The notes: generated by a model not told the origin, from the letters alone. DNA of 41,294 bases from a virus (IMGVR_UViG_645951847_000024); one strand, 5' to 3'; shown: positions 18,354 to 28,937, numbered from the stretch's first letter. Program-made: numbers and translations.

Positions 18354-19856
18354 TCACAAAATGAAACGGATCTGTGCTGCCAGGAAGCGGAACTGGTTAA
18401 CCAGATCCGGCGTGCATAACACGTCAAGACGGTTTCGATCTGACGCATTACGCTCCACAAGCAGATTCTTTTTAAAGGTGTCCAGATTTTCGACCAGCCC
18501 GAGTTCCACCCACTCTTCACCCAGCGAAATTAACTGAAGCTTCATGATCTCCGGCGTCACGATATTCTGACCGGCACGAACGGGCGTCCCGTCATCAGCC
18601 AGTTTATGGCGCGGAAAACGTTGTGTGATAAAAGTACGCAGGGAATAACGCAGCCAGGAGAGGGTGTAGATGGTTTCCACATCCAGATAGCTGGGATCAC
18701 TTTCGCCGTACACGTTCTGGCGATACATGGTCACCTGACGTTCGATCTGAACCACATCACCGGCAGCCACACTGACCGTGGCAATCCCTCCCCACAGCAG
18801 ACTGTTACGCTCTTCACGCGTCAGACGATCGGCCGGAGCCGGGGCCATGCGTGACGGAAGCGCCAGCGTCTGAAGCGGACGCGCAGGATCTGCTCCCAGA
18901 GAGGGTGCACAGGTGGCACAGACCGCCGCTGCCCAGAGGTAATCCGGTTCAGGGGCTTTGGGAATGGATGTGCAGGTCGCCAGAAAATCATTGCGTTTTG
19001 CCCCGAATGCCTGCACCTCACCAAACGTGCCGGTATGTGCCAGCCACAGCACGCCGTCAGACATTTTGGCCGGTCCCCAGCGTTTCAGAAGCTCATCACT
19101 GATGATTTTCAGGTTTGCATCATCCTTATAGGGCATGACGACATAGTTGTACTGGCGATCGCCCATACCCGCCACGCTTCGGGTGATATCCGGGTTAGCC
19201 GCTTTTTGTTTCGGATAGGCTATAGCGACCTGTATTCCTTCCGGGGTTGCTTCCCCGTCGTGATAGTTCAGGCGCACATCATGAACGGAGCATTCACCGG
19301 TAAAGCGGGCGGTGATCCCCAGAGACCCTTTCAGACCTGCGCCATTATCACCACTTCCTGCACCAGAGGAGGCCGTGAAGGGCGCGTCAGGATCGGCATT
19401 GATCAGCGCGGCCAGCTCGTCGGTCAGTTCTTTGCCTTTCTTACCTTTTGGTGCCGGGAGTGTATAACGCCGCCCCCCCACGCAGGCATAAACAATCCCG
19501 TCACGGGTGACCGTTCCGGTCAGATTCATGGCCGCAGCCGTTGCCTGTCCGGTGCCGTTCCCCTGAGCAATGGCATACAGTTCAGCATCAGGATTGATGG
19601 CGATAAATTCCGCCACCATCAGGGCAATCATGGAGCCGCGCCCCCAGAGTTCTGTTGCCTGAGACGCACGGGTGATCCTGACCGGAACATCCAGAACACC
19701 GGCACCGTCCACGGCATTCTCTTTCATTCTCGCCTGACCAAACAGCAGCACACACTGACGCTGTGCCGGAGTGCCGGTGACAGCCATGGAGTTATTAAAC
19801 TCAACCTCAATCAGCGGTATACGGCGGTCATTACCGATCCCGTCAAAATTAATCAT
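18354..19856 (-). CDS. Contractile tail sheath protein
   Basis: 500 aa; position and size match Mu L. Confidence 0.8.
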   Translation of the reverse strand: MINFDGIGNDRRIPLIEVEFNNSMAVTGTPAQRQCVLLFGQARMKENAVDGAGVLDVPVRITRASQATELWGRGSMIALMVAEFIAINPDAELYAIAQGNGTGQATAAAMNLTGTVTRDGIVYACVGGRRYTLPAPKGKKGKELTDELAALINADPDAPFTASSGAGSGDNGAGLKGSLGITARFTGECSVHDVRLNYHDGEATPEGIQVAIAYPKQKAANPDITRSVAGMGDRQYNYVVMPYKDDANLKIISDELLKRWGPAKMSDGVLWLAHTGTFGEVQAFGAKRNDFLATCTSIPKAPEPDYLWAAAVCATCAPSLGADPARPLQTLALPSRMAPAPADRLTREERNSLLWGGIATVSVAAGDVVQIERQVTMYRQNVYGESDPSYLDVETIYTLSWLRYSLRTFITQRFPRHKLADDGTPVRAGQNIVTPEIMKLQLISLGEEWVELGLVENLDTFKKNLLVERNASDRNRLDVLCTPDLVNQFRFLAAQIRFIL

Positions 19857-20098
19857 TGCGGTTTCTCCTTATCGGATGCCGGTTGGGCGACCGGTTTTTC
19901 TGTCGCAGTCGTTGCATCCGCAGATACAGCCGGAGCCTCTTCAGCGGCTTTTTCAGCCTGAATGACATCGCCGTCATCAAGACGCCGACACCAGAACGGC
20001 GTAAAGGGCTTTTCCTCCCCCTCCTGTGCCAGCGGGCGCATTGTGTCGGGATCACGAATCAGGCGTCCCGGCGCGGGTTTGATAAAGATGGTTTTCAT
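19853..20098 (-). CDS. Small head-tail joining region protein (Mu gp38-like)
   Basis: 81 aa, Ala/Glu-rich C-terminal tail; position. Confidence 0.45.
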   Translation of the reverse strand: MKTIFIKPAPGRLIRDPDTMRPLAQEGEEKPFTPFWCRRLDDGDVIQAEKAAEEAPAVSADATTATEKPVAQPASDKEKPQ

Positions 20099-20659
20099 TT
20101 ACAGTTCCTCCGGCGGTTCGACCGCCGTTGTCGTGTTCCCCGGCAAATCAATATGTGCCTCAAACGGCGGCGTACCGGGCGGCTCCACAAAGGTTTCGTA
20201 ATGACGCAGGAAGTCGTCCAGCGAGCTGGTATCGGTCAGCGGTGCGATCATTTCCTCGCAGGAGAAATAAAGCGCATACATCACCGCACCACTGTCCGCC
20301 TGGGTTTCGGTGTAACCGTTGACCGCCTTTTCAAAGTAAAGCGGTGAGGTTTTTTCTGTTCTGAAGCCGTTAAGCACGGCAATCAGCCGGGCCACAATCT
20401 GATACAGTCCGGGACGGCTGGCCTCACGCCCGTTGAGCATGTCGCCGATGACGTAGAACACCCAGTGACTGACCAGGCGACCACGGGTACGGCCTTCACC
20501 GGCACCCAGCCAGGCAACGTAGATCGCCGGGGCGTTAATCAGCATGGTGCGCAGTACGCTGTCGCTCCAGTCGCCGGGATGCGTGTCAACAGACACCAGT
20601 TCATTCCCGAAATACTCACGGATACGGGCGATGTATGCCTGTTCGGTTTCCGTAATCAT
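20099..20659 (-). CDS. Mu gp37-like protein
   Basis: 186 aa; synteny. Confidence 0.55.
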   Translation of the reverse strand: MITETEQAYIARIREYFGNELVSVDTHPGDWSDSVLRTMLINAPAIYVAWLGAGEGRTRGRLVSHWVFYVIGDMLNGREASRPGLYQIVARLIAVLNGFRTEKTSPLYFEKAVNGYTETQADSGAVMYALYFSCEEMIAPLTDTSSLDDFLRHYETFVEPPGTPPFEAHIDLPGNTTTAVEPPEEL

Positions 20660-21075
20660 ATGAAGCCCTTCTGGTTGCGCCCGAATACCGCTGCATCAGA
20701 CTGAACCTGTGGTAAATCCCCGGATTCAGGGGCCGCACCGTTCGTATCCACACCGACCGGCACATTGCCGTTCATGACATCTTTCAGCCAGGCCAGCGCT
20801 TCACGGTAACGGTCACGCGCCTGATCGGAGGCTCGCTGATCGCACAGGTAATAAAAGGCAATCGCGCAACAGTGCTGAACAAGAACGGCCGGAATAACCT
20901 CCAGCGGCAACGTGTAACGGGCGGACAGATAGCTGTCGATAAGGGCTGACGCATCTGTCAGCGCCCGGTTCAGCTTGCGCGTGTCCGGCTCATCCGAACG
21001 GGGCACAGCCAGTAACGGCCTGAGCAAATCCTCGCGGTAACGCGCCCGCATATCGGTTTCAGTGGCGTAATTCAT
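20656..21075 (-). CDS. Mu gp36-like protein
   Basis: 139 aa; synteny. Confidence 0.55.
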   Translation of the reverse strand: MNYATETDMRARYREDLLRPLLAVPRSDEPDTRKLNRALTDASALIDSYLSARYTLPLEVIPAVLVQHCCAIAFYYLCDQRASDQARDRYREALAWLKDVMNGNVPVGVDTNGAAPESGDLPQVQSDAAVFGRNQKGFI

Positions 21076-21482
21076 GCACGGGCCTGTTCCGCTTTGTTAC
21101 CGGTCTTTTTCCGGGGAGCATCCTGTCCGGCTTCGGCTTCGGCTTCGGCTTCGGCTTCGGCTTCGGCTTCGGCTTCGGCTTCGGCTTCGGCTTCGGCTTC
21201 GGCTAAATCTGTACCGGCCACTGCATGAACCACACCCGCCACGCTCCCCGCATCATCAGCAGACGTCTGTAGTATTCGCACAGTGAGGCATGGCTCCTCC
21301 TCCAGTCGGGCAAGCTGCTCCGGGGTGACCTCAACCTGCTGACGTCCACGCGTGAACAGGAACCCCGCACGACGAAACGCCGAACGACTGCAACGCACTT
21401 CTGCCAGCACCGTGACAGAATTGTCACCACTGACCTGAAGACCTGAATCATCTGTTGCTGCCACAGTGTGATGTTCATTCAT
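21072..21482 (-). CDS. Small head-module protein (Mu gp35-like) with an internal (Glu-Ala)12 tract
   Basis: 136 aa after the major capsid gene; C-terminal tract AEAEAE... encoded by the hexanucleotide repeat. Confidence 0.55.
   Translation of the reverse strand: MNEHHTVAATDDSGLQVSGDNSVTVLAEVRCSRSAFRRAGFLFTRGRQQVEVTPEQLARLEEEPCLTVRILQTSADDAGSVAGVVHAVAGTDLAEAEAEAEAEAEAEAEAEAEAEAEAGQDAPRKKTGNKAEQARA
21131..21202. repeat. Perfect tandem hexanucleotide repeat (CTTCGG)12 on plus = (CCGAAG)12 on minus, in frame
   Basis: Twelve identical 6-bp units read directly from 21131 to 21202. Confidence 0.95.
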
Positions 21483-21525
21483 ATTTGCCCTCCGCAGGGG
21501 CCGGGCCGTAAGCCCGGCTCACCGT

Positions 21526-22473
21526 TTACAGATAATCCGCGACAACCAGCTCCAGCTTACCCTTCATCTCGTTAGAGACGGTTGCGTTTCCGTCTGCGAA
21601 CAGTTCACGCTCCAGCAGCTGCACCGCCTGTTTTTCCAGCGAGGTGGGGACAACAATATGGGTGGGTTTAATGCCGAGTTTGCGGCCACCGTCAGCGGTA
21701 AATTCGCGCATGGCTGACCAGCCGTGCCACAGTGCATCCAGCGTCAGCGGTGACTGCATCATGTAGGCCATCTGCCAGAAGCCGTAGCCCACATTGCGAC
21801 GGGCGGATGCACCAAACACAAATTCGTTATCGGTGAATGCGCGACCTTCATCGACTTTGGTCTGGGCAACCAGTTCAGCCTTACGGCGATCCTGATAAAT
21901 CAGCGGTTTTACCGCGCGGGAGCAGTCAAGCAGATACCAGGCCGGACCGCTGTAATCAGCCTGTGCGCCGACAGAGCCGGTTTTTGCCACAAACATATTG
22001 CTGACCATCTGCGCATCCCCGGAGCCATCCACTTTGGGGTAAACCGGATGTTCGGTATCAAAGAAGTTCTGACCGTCATAGCAGGCCGCACTGATCCCGT
22101 CACGCAGGGCAGCAAAGACCAGCTCATCCGGTTGTACCGCCGCAGCGCGCCCCATCTCCTGGAACAACGGGGAATAAATACCGAGGTTGTCGTCTTCGAA
22201 GTCATCGCGGCTAATGGCGACAGTGCCTTCAAAAGTTTTGTTCACGATGGCATAGCCATAGGCTTTCATCTTCTCGATGACGCGGGAGCCGATCCACTCA
22301 CGGAACTGCGGGAACTGCCCCAGCCAGCCGTAGGTGTTGGATTTCGATGTGGAGGGCACGGTCATCGCAATTTTTTTATACTGCGACGGGGCCATGGACA
22401 TCCCGGCCTGAAAATCAGAACGGTAGCCCGTCATCAGGGCTGTGATCATCGCCGGTGTAATCGGGGTAGGCAT
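21526..22473 (-). CDS. Major head (capsid) protein, Mu T-like
   Basis: 315 aa following the protease/scaffold gene; size and position match Mu T. Confidence 0.8.
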   Translation of the reverse strand: MPTPITPAMITALMTGYRSDFQAGMSMAPSQYKKIAMTVPSTSKSNTYGWLGQFPQFREWIGSRVIEKMKAYGYAIVNKTFEGTVAISRDDFEDDNLGIYSPLFQEMGRAAAVQPDELVFAALRDGISAACYDGQNFFDTEHPVYPKVDGSGDAQMVSNMFVAKTGSVGAQADYSGPAWYLLDCSRAVKPLIYQDRRKAELVAQTKVDEGRAFTDNEFVFGASARRNVGYGFWQMAYMMQSPLTLDALWHGWSAMREFTADGGRKLGIKPTHIVVPTSLEKQAVQLLERELFADGNATVSNEMKGKLELVVADYL

Positions 22474-23597
22474 TATTGCATTTCCTCTTTCATTTTCAGG
22501 AACTCGGCTTCGGTTTTACCCAGCAGTTTGGCGGCCGCGATATCTTCAGCCGACAGCGCAGCGGTGGCAGTCTTTTTATCCGGCACGGTCACGGTGTCGG
22601 TCTGAAGAGAGGTCAGGGCCGCAACCGGCTGGCGGGCGTCAAGCTGTGCAGAAAGTGCCGCAACGCCAATCTGCCCGCCCAGTTGTTCCAGATAGCCGCG
22701 TTCGCTTTTGAAGATGCGCCCTTCGGATTCAGCCTTGTCCAGCACCTGCTCCAGCGTGGTGCTGCCGTGCTGCGCCGACAGCGCAACGTATTCGGTACGC
22801 AGGGCGTTATACGTTTCAACGGGCACGTATTTCGTCAGATCAATAATGCCGCCAGCCGGTGTGCCTTTTGCGGTTTCCAGCTCTGCCGACAGACTGGCGA
22901 CCTGTGTTTTCAGGTTGTCGTGTGCATCCGCACGGGTTTTGATCCCGGTGAGGGCAGACAGCGCCGCCGTGCCCAGCTCCGGCGTAAATTCGTCACCGTC
23001 AGCCACGGTCAGACCGAGCGCCGTCAGCAACTGGCGTAATTGCTCATTCATGGAGGTATCCTTTAAAGGAGGGTTTAAGGCGTTATAAAGGTCATCCGCC
23101 GACAGCGCGGCGACAGGATTCATGCCGGTCAGACCGGGGTCACCGGTAATAGCCAGCATCCGAAGTTCGACAGGTTCGCCGGTGTTCTCGTCATAGCCAA
23201 TCACCGGTGAAAACCAGGGGAATTCGTTATTACGCAGATGTTCAAGGGCCGGAGGGTTCCACTTCGGGCGCACCTCGAAGCCACGCTCTTCACTGAAGCG
23301 AAAATTCTCCGGTGAGGCCATCACAAAACCGGCAGCCGGTGCCTGATGCCCCTTAATCAGGGTCTGGTGGTTGTAGTCAATTTTCACCGGCTGATTGAGC
23401 GCCACAACCCGGGATACCATGCGCTCAACGGTCGCACGGTTAATCAGCCAGCCCTCGGCCGGTTTTTCCGGGCGACCGTCACGGGCCTTTACCCGACCGG
23501 CTGGCATGATCTGACACCAGTCACCGTCCCCGTCTGCGGACAGGCTGATGGCATTCAGAATGGCATAAGCAAGTTTGGGCGTGTTTTTCGTCTTCAT
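22473..23597 (-). CDS. Head protease/scaffold protein, Mu I-like
   Basis: 374 aa, Ala-rich helical C-terminal half; synteny. Confidence 0.75.
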   Translation of the reverse strand: MKTKNTPKLAYAILNAISLSADGDGDWCQIMPAGRVKARDGRPEKPAEGWLINRATVERMVSRVVALNQPVKIDYNHQTLIKGHQAPAAGFVMASPENFRFSEERGFEVRPKWNPPALEHLRNNEFPWFSPVIGYDENTGEPVELRMLAITGDPGLTGMNPVAALSADDLYNALNPPLKDTSMNEQLRQLLTALGLTVADGDEFTPELGTAALSALTGIKTRADAHDNLKTQVASLSAELETAKGTPAGGIIDLTKYVPVETYNALRTEYVALSAQHGSTTLEQVLDKAESEGRIFKSERGYLEQLGGQIGVAALSAQLDARQPVAALTSLQTDTVTVPDKKTATAALSAEDIAAAKLLGKTEAEFLKMKEEMQ

Positions 23598-23773
23598 TCC
23601 GGCAGCATAAGCCGGGAATTTTCAGGGCGGGTTTTGCGGGATTTCAGGAAGTGCTTCCAGGGGAAAAATACAAAGGCGCTTCACGCAGATTTTAAAGCCC
23701 GTTAAATACAGGTTAGAAAATCACGACACGCGCCTGAAGGGGGTAAGGTAATGCATTTGCATACCTTAAACAA

Positions 23774-24247
23774 TTAAGGCGTTTCTGTGGCCTTTTTAAA
23801 GCGTTTTCTGATTTCGTCCATGATCTCCTGCTCTGCCACCTGATCAAAGCCCATATACGGGCGTGCGCCAATGGCCGCCGGTCCCGGTGGCATACCAGGC
23901 AGGCCACCCCACTGATGAATGGCCGCATAAGGCTCATTTGATCCAATCAGCGCCCAGGTATCGCCATAATCCGTGGTCAGGCGTCGGGCCAGATCGCCGT
24001 TCAGCGTCAGGATTTTGCCGGGCATGTATCCCTTACGGGTACGCCACTTGCGGTAAGGATCTGACCAGTCATGCCAGCGTTCGCCGTCCGGCTCTTTTTC
24101 CTGTTCAAACGCCATTTCTGACGATGACAGAAGACTCGCCGCCACACTGCGGGCCAGGTCTTTCCCTCCACCCACAAACTGAAGCCGGGCAAAGACCCGC
24201 TGGAGACGCGTAACGTCAACAACGACAGCGGCATCAATGGATGACAT
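23774..24247 (-). CDS. Virion morphogenesis protein, Mu G-like
   Basis: 157 aa between the F-like and I-like genes. Confidence 0.65.
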   Translation of the reverse strand: MSSIDAAVVVDVTRLQRVFARLQFVGGGKDLARSVAASLLSSSEMAFEQEKEPDGERWHDWSDPYRKWRTRKGYMPGKILTLNGDLARRLTTDYGDTWALIGSNEPYAAIHQWGGLPGMPPGPAAIGARPYMGFDQVAEQEIMDEIRKRFKKATETP

Positions 24248-24368
24248 ATTGCCTCCGCATAAAGGATGAATATAAAATAAACAGGCGGTCAGTGTACGCT
24301 TAACTGGTAAAGTCGGTGCCTGCCTCCGGGTGGATCATGTATGCGGGTTCAACCCCCGCCACTGACCG

Positions 24369-25700
24369 TTAATCAATATCTCCTTCCAGTACCTCAAGCA
24401 TTCCACCCCGGATATCCGATTTCAGCTTATCCATATTGATAACCCGGTAAGCATTCACAATCACATCCAGTTTATCCGGCTGACGCTTCAGGCTGTACGG
24501 CGCATTAACGGCAATCTGCACACTGCTATCCTTACTTTCCACGATATACATCAGATTGTTGTGGCGTTTGTCCCACAGCACCGCTTTTGGCTTTGCCAGC
24601 ATTGCCGGTAATCGACCGAAATCCTCCGGCGTCAGGGCGATACCGTCATTCTGATGTTTCATGCTGTCCGCATGGAGCACATTTTTACCGCTCATCGCCA
24701 GCAGGCGGGCCGGTGGCGTTCCCGTCCGGCTTTCCACCGCCTGCGCAATGCTTTCGGTCATAAAGCCCAGCGTGCGGATATCGTTACCGCCTCGCCGGGT
24801 TTTCATGATGTTTTTTGCCCAGATGCGGAACGCCAGCTGCCGCTCCGGGCTGTTGTTCATCTCCTGCACTACCATTTCCCGCAGCGCCGGGCTTTTCACC
24901 TCGATCAGTTTACGGATCAACGCCTGGTCTGTGCCGAACGCCGCCGAGCCGGGGTTATATGACCAGCCCACATCCGGTGTCATGGTTCTGGTGCCATCTG
25001 AATATGTGGTCACCGGCATTTCTCTGACTTCTCCGGTCTGCTTATCCACGCCAGCCTCAACATTGCGGGTGGAAAGATGATCCTGACCGGATGAAACGGA
25101 TAACCCCATTGCATCCAGACGGGTCTGAGACAATGGCCGGACACGGCAGCGGCAGTTCCAGCCATTGGGTGGGTAGTGTGTATTCCAGAACGGATCGTCA
25201 TAGCGGAATACCTGCCCGTTAAGGGCGGAATGCGCCGGGCGGGTGCGGCTGTCCATCACCGCCACATACTGCCAGAACGGATGCGTGTCCGTGTTGTTCA
25301 TCATCTGCGTGTAACGCCCGGCATTGTAAGCCACGCGGGTGTTCACGTTGTAAATCAGCGCCAGACGGCGGGGACTGCCCAGTTGCACTTCTTCTGCGTT
25401 ACCGGCGCTGTCCACCACAATCTGCTTTCCCCACCATCCCAGCTTTTGCAGGCGGGGTGTCAGTGTGCGGATAAATGCTTTCTGTGAAATCCCCTCATCA
25501 ACAGCACGCTGCACTTCCGCCTGTAGTGTGGTCAGTACGTCCAGGCGTGCCACTTTTGCCGCCGTGAATGAACGGGCATGAACATCCGCGTCTGTTTCGA
25601 ACCAGTTCCAGCTGATATGCGCCCCTTTGGCGCGGAAGTATGCCACCGCCTCTTTTGAGGGAAGCGTGGCGGCATAACCTAAATCAATCCCCTGTGCCAT
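24369..25700 (-). CDS. Head morphogenesis protein, Mu F (gp30)-like
   Basis: 443 aa directly downstream of and overlapping the portal gene. Confidence 0.75.
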   Translation of the reverse strand: MAQGIDLGYAATLPSKEAVAYFRAKGAHISWNWFETDADVHARSFTAAKVARLDVLTTLQAEVQRAVDEGISQKAFIRTLTPRLQKLGWWGKQIVVDSAGNAEEVQLGSPRRLALIYNVNTRVAYNAGRYTQMMNNTDTHPFWQYVAVMDSRTRPAHSALNGQVFRYDDPFWNTHYPPNGWNCRCRVRPLSQTRLDAMGLSVSSGQDHLSTRNVEAGVDKQTGEVREMPVTTYSDGTRTMTPDVGWSYNPGSAAFGTDQALIRKLIEVKSPALREMVVQEMNNSPERQLAFRIWAKNIMKTRRGGNDIRTLGFMTESIAQAVESRTGTPPARLLAMSGKNVLHADSMKHQNDGIALTPEDFGRLPAMLAKPKAVLWDKRHNNLMYIVESKDSSVQIAVNAPYSLKRQPDKLDVIVNAYRVINMDKLKSDIRGGMLEVLEGDID

Positions 25701-27282
25701 CCAGCATCCCCTTCATTTCCGCAGCAAACATGGCATCACTGAGCAGCGTCATCAGGCGGGAATCATCCATTTCACGGTAAAGGGCAGGCAGGTCTGCCAG
25801 TGCCTCCGCCAGCCCCCGCGTTCTGATGGCTTCAATGACCGGCTCCAGTACCGGGTCGATGGCCTCCTGTAACCGGCGGGCAGGCACCGCATCCCCCATG
25901 TCGTCCAGTTCATCTCGGGGGCTGCTCTTCGCTTCCGGCAGTCTGGCAGCCAGCGCTGTCTGCTCTGTCTTCTCCTGTTTTTCCGGTGGCATCTCTTTGT
26001 CTGTCTGAGCAGGTTCATTGCCACTCTGACGGACACGGAAGATGGCTTCACCGGGGGCAGGCTGTGGAATACCGGTCTGCTCCCGCACCCAGGGATCAGG
26101 AATATCCATCCCCGTACTGAGCTGCATCACCGCACTGGTGATTTTGGTGATATCCCCCGGCTCTTTTGTCTGGAAACAGATACGCGGCAGGCGACGGATA
26201 TCAATGGCGTGGGCGGTGTTCAGGGCATACAGCGGATACACCAGATCGCGGTTCAGCGTGGCGGCCAGCTGACGTAAATCAGAATCCCTGATTTCCCGGC
26301 GCACCTCGTTATGCACTTCACCCAGCGAACGTGCGCCCTTGTCTCCGGCTTCCGTGGTCAGCGTGCCGCCGAGGATAGCTTTGGAGATGGAACGCTCCCC
26401 CCACGAAATCATGGTTTCAAACGGATCGGCCTGACCGTTCGCTGCCGCCTGAAACTCCAGCGACATCCCGGCCGGGATGATCCCGCCTGTACGTCGCCCG
26501 ATATCCATCACCGCCCGCATCAGGGCGCTTTTCTGCTCCGGTGTTGCCCCGGACGGGTATTTACCGACCTTCATCGGCAGGCCGTACACCTCCAGAAATT
26601 CAGCCAGATCGCGCACGGAATAGTTTTTGAAAATGAACGGCCAGATAAGCGTTCTGACAAGCCCCGTCGCACCACCGTAGCCAGTGCGTGAACGCGACTG
26701 ATGCACTATCCAGCCAAAGGGCTGAAACGCCACCCCGGCATGGCTGCCGTCACGCAGCCGCAGTTCGCTCAAATCATCCGGGTTAAGGCAGAAATGCCCG
26801 CTGTCACGCCAGCGGATGGCGCGGATGATGTGCATTTTACCGAGCATCCCGTGCTCAATCTCCATGCAGGAATAGCCTTTCAGGATGGCATCGGTGGCAT
26901 CAAACAGCATGGCATCAAACCAGTCGGCGGAATGCAGGTATTCGTCGAGCATTTCCGCGTCCTTTTTCTCATTCGCGCTGGCGTTCGGGGGCGGCTCAAT
27001 ACTCCAGGGCACCCCCTGAATGGCAAGACGTCGCTTGCCCAGCTCTGCAAAAAGATGGGTATCCTTTTCTTCAATGTCAGCGGCCAGATCGGACTGGGCA
27101 ATCAGATCGCCACGTTCAGCCCCGCGAAGGCACTGTGCCGCCCGGTTCGGGGTGATACCCGAGGCCGGATGTTCAATATAACGGCTGGCAATCTGCGGAA
27201 TATCCAGCACGGCACTCTGCATCTCCGGGTCAAAGGAGAAAGGTTTTCCGTCAAGATCAATTATGCGTCCCACTACCAGCAC
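25684..27282 (-). CDS. Portal protein (Mu gp29-like)
   Basis: 532 aa overlapping the end of the large terminase gene. Confidence 0.8.
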   Translation of the reverse strand: MLVVGRIIDLDGKPFSFDPEMQSAVLDIPQIASRYIEHPASGITPNRAAQCLRGAERGDLIAQSDLAADIEEKDTHLFAELGKRRLAIQGVPWSIEPPPNASANEKKDAEMLDEYLHSADWFDAMLFDATDAILKGYSCMEIEHGMLGKMHIIRAIRWRDSGHFCLNPDDLSELRLRDGSHAGVAFQPFGWIVHQSRSRTGYGGATGLVRTLIWPFIFKNYSVRDLAEFLEVYGLPMKVGKYPSGATPEQKSALMRAVMDIGRRTGGIIPAGMSLEFQAAANGQADPFETMISWGERSISKAILGGTLTTEAGDKGARSLGEVHNEVRREIRDSDLRQLAATLNRDLVYPLYALNTAHAIDIRRLPRICFQTKEPGDITKITSAVMQLSTGMDIPDPWVREQTGIPQPAPGEAIFRVRQSGNEPAQTDKEMPPEKQEKTEQTALAARLPEAKSSPRDELDDMGDAVPARRLQEAIDPVLEPVIEAIRTRGLAEALADLPALYREMDDSRLMTLLSDAMFAAEMKGMLDGTGD

Positions 27283-28937
27283 CCCCGATCAAATTCATGA
27301 TATGCCTCATCGTCATCACGATAACCGCCCTCCATGGCCCGCGACCGCTCCGGCAGCGCCTGGCAGGCTGATTCATCCAGGATAAAGCCCTCCATGTATG
27401 ACGCCCGGTTTGCCATACAGAGCGCCACGGCAAAATCACCATGGCGGCGGGCGTTCACAGCTGTTGCGTTCTGGTCCTTCGTACGCCCCTTGTCGATTTG
27501 CGGGATACCGTTCACCACCTTCACATGGCGCAAATCATCAAGCGTGGTCTGATGGCGGGCGACGAGGATATTCTGATCCTCAAACTCGGCCTTCAGTTTT
27601 GGCATCCACTCGCCGTACCACTTCGGCGATAACATCACGCAGTCGATGATGTCCGGGCCAAAGGCCAGCAGCGCGGCTTCGGCCAGATAGCCGCCGTTAC
27701 CGGTGGCGTCGAACGCCGCACCGACCAGCGCCGGAACGCGGGTCAGGATGTACATCATCACCTGCTCCTGCTGGGCATACGGCAGGTTGCGCAGCTCCAC
27801 GCGAAACACCTCGCGTTTTGCCAGGGATTCAGTGATTTCCAGCAGCACAAAGCAGGAGAGGTCACCGGTGCGGGCAAAGTCTTCCCCGAAGCTGAAGCGG
27901 GAACGGGGATTTAACGCCTCTAAAAGCGGTTTTAAATGTTCTTCACACCAGGTTAAAACCTCCGATTCACGCAGCCATGCGGCACGGCTGATGAAGTCGT
28001 CCGGGGCTTCAAACGTCAGAATCGGGATGTCGCGGATCATCGCCATTTCAATAAGCGCGTGAGGAATATAGGCACCGCCGGATTTTTTCGGGATACAGCC
28101 GTATTCCTCGTCGGCATCCTCACGGGTCGGGGCGTTTTTGTAGAGATCATCACGCCACTTCTGCTCGCTTTCCGGTGACCATTCGCGGCCGGTGACATAA
28201 CAGATACGACGGTACAGCCCGTCCGCAATGGCATCATCCAGGGTTATGCGGTGGACACTGTAATCCTTGCGTCCCTCGCGGGCTTCCTGAATGTACTGAT
28301 TAAACAGATTATCGACGCCGTTATGCGTGGAGATAATACGCACGCGCGCGCCCCACATGGTGAGCGCCATTGCCGCCTTGAGAAGCTCATCCAGTGACTC
28401 GTGGAACGCGGCTTCATCAATCACCACATCCCCCTGAAGGCCGCGCAGGTTTGACGGACGGGAAGACAGTGCCTGAATTTTGAATCCACTGTTCGGAAAG
28501 CGGATCATGTAGGTCAGAATTTCTTCTTTTTTATCCCGATCCCAGAAGGTCTGCTCATACACATCAGCATCGGCCAGCTGGTTAAAGGCACGGGAGAACA
28601 GTGCGCAGGCAGAAATATATTCCAGCGCCATCTCCTGCTTTGACCCCACATAAAACACATTACGGCCACCACGACGCTTAGGCTTTGCGGCGGTAATGAC
28701 GTTACGCCCGGCTTCCGCCCAGGTAAGCCCGGTGCGGCGGGATTTTTCCGCGATGCAGACCTCACTTTCATCCTCAAACCAGCGGGCCTGATAATCCAGA
28801 AACACCGGCATATCACCGGGCAAATCAAGGCTGTCCGGCACATCCACGCCCAGCAGGGCTTTTTCACCGGCCAGATCAATTTTGCGGGTGGAGACGGTAT
28901 TCGTCAGTAAGGGGGAGAGTTCTTCGGCGTTATTCAT
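27273..28937 (-). CDS. Terminase large subunit (Mu gp28-like)
   Basis: 554 aa; position after the small-terminase-like gene and before portal. Confidence 0.8.
   Translation of the reverse strand: MNNAEELSPLLTNTVSTRKIDLAGEKALLGVDVPDSLDLPGDMPVFLDYQARWFEDESEVCIAEKSRRTGLTWAEAGRNVITAAKPKRRGGRNVFYVGSKQEMALEYISACALFSRAFNQLADADVYEQTFWDRDKKEEILTYMIRFPNSGFKIQALSSRPSNLRGLQGDVVIDEAAFHESLDELLKAAMALTMWGARVRIISTHNGVDNLFNQYIQEAREGRKDYSVHRITLDDAIADGLYRRICYVTGREWSPESEQKWRDDLYKNAPTREDADEEYGCIPKKSGGAYIPHALIEMAMIRDIPILTFEAPDDFISRAAWLRESEVLTWCEEHLKPLLEALNPRSRFSFGEDFARTGDLSCFVLLEITESLAKREVFRVELRNLPYAQQEQVMMYILTRVPALVGAAFDATGNGGYLAEAALLAFGPDIIDCVMLSPKWYGEWMPKLKAEFEDQNILVARHQTTLDDLRHVKVVNGIPQIDKGRTKDQNATAVNARRHGDFAVALCMANRASYMEGFILDESACQALPERSRAMEGGYRDDDEAYHEFDRGCW

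Noticed and set aside
19035-19961. 308-aa plus-strand ORF
   Set aside because: Antisense to the tail sheath gene; low-complexity, Arg/Gly/Cys-rich translation typical of GC-rich antisense frames.
21074-21286. Plus-strand ORF encoding an (Arg-Leu)n tract
   Set aside because: Simply the opposite-strand reading of the hexanucleotide repeat inside the minus-strand gene.
22048-23039. Plus-strand ORFs of 185 and 187 aa
   Set aside because: Antisense to major capsid and protease/scaffold genes; Arg/Gly-rich artefacts.
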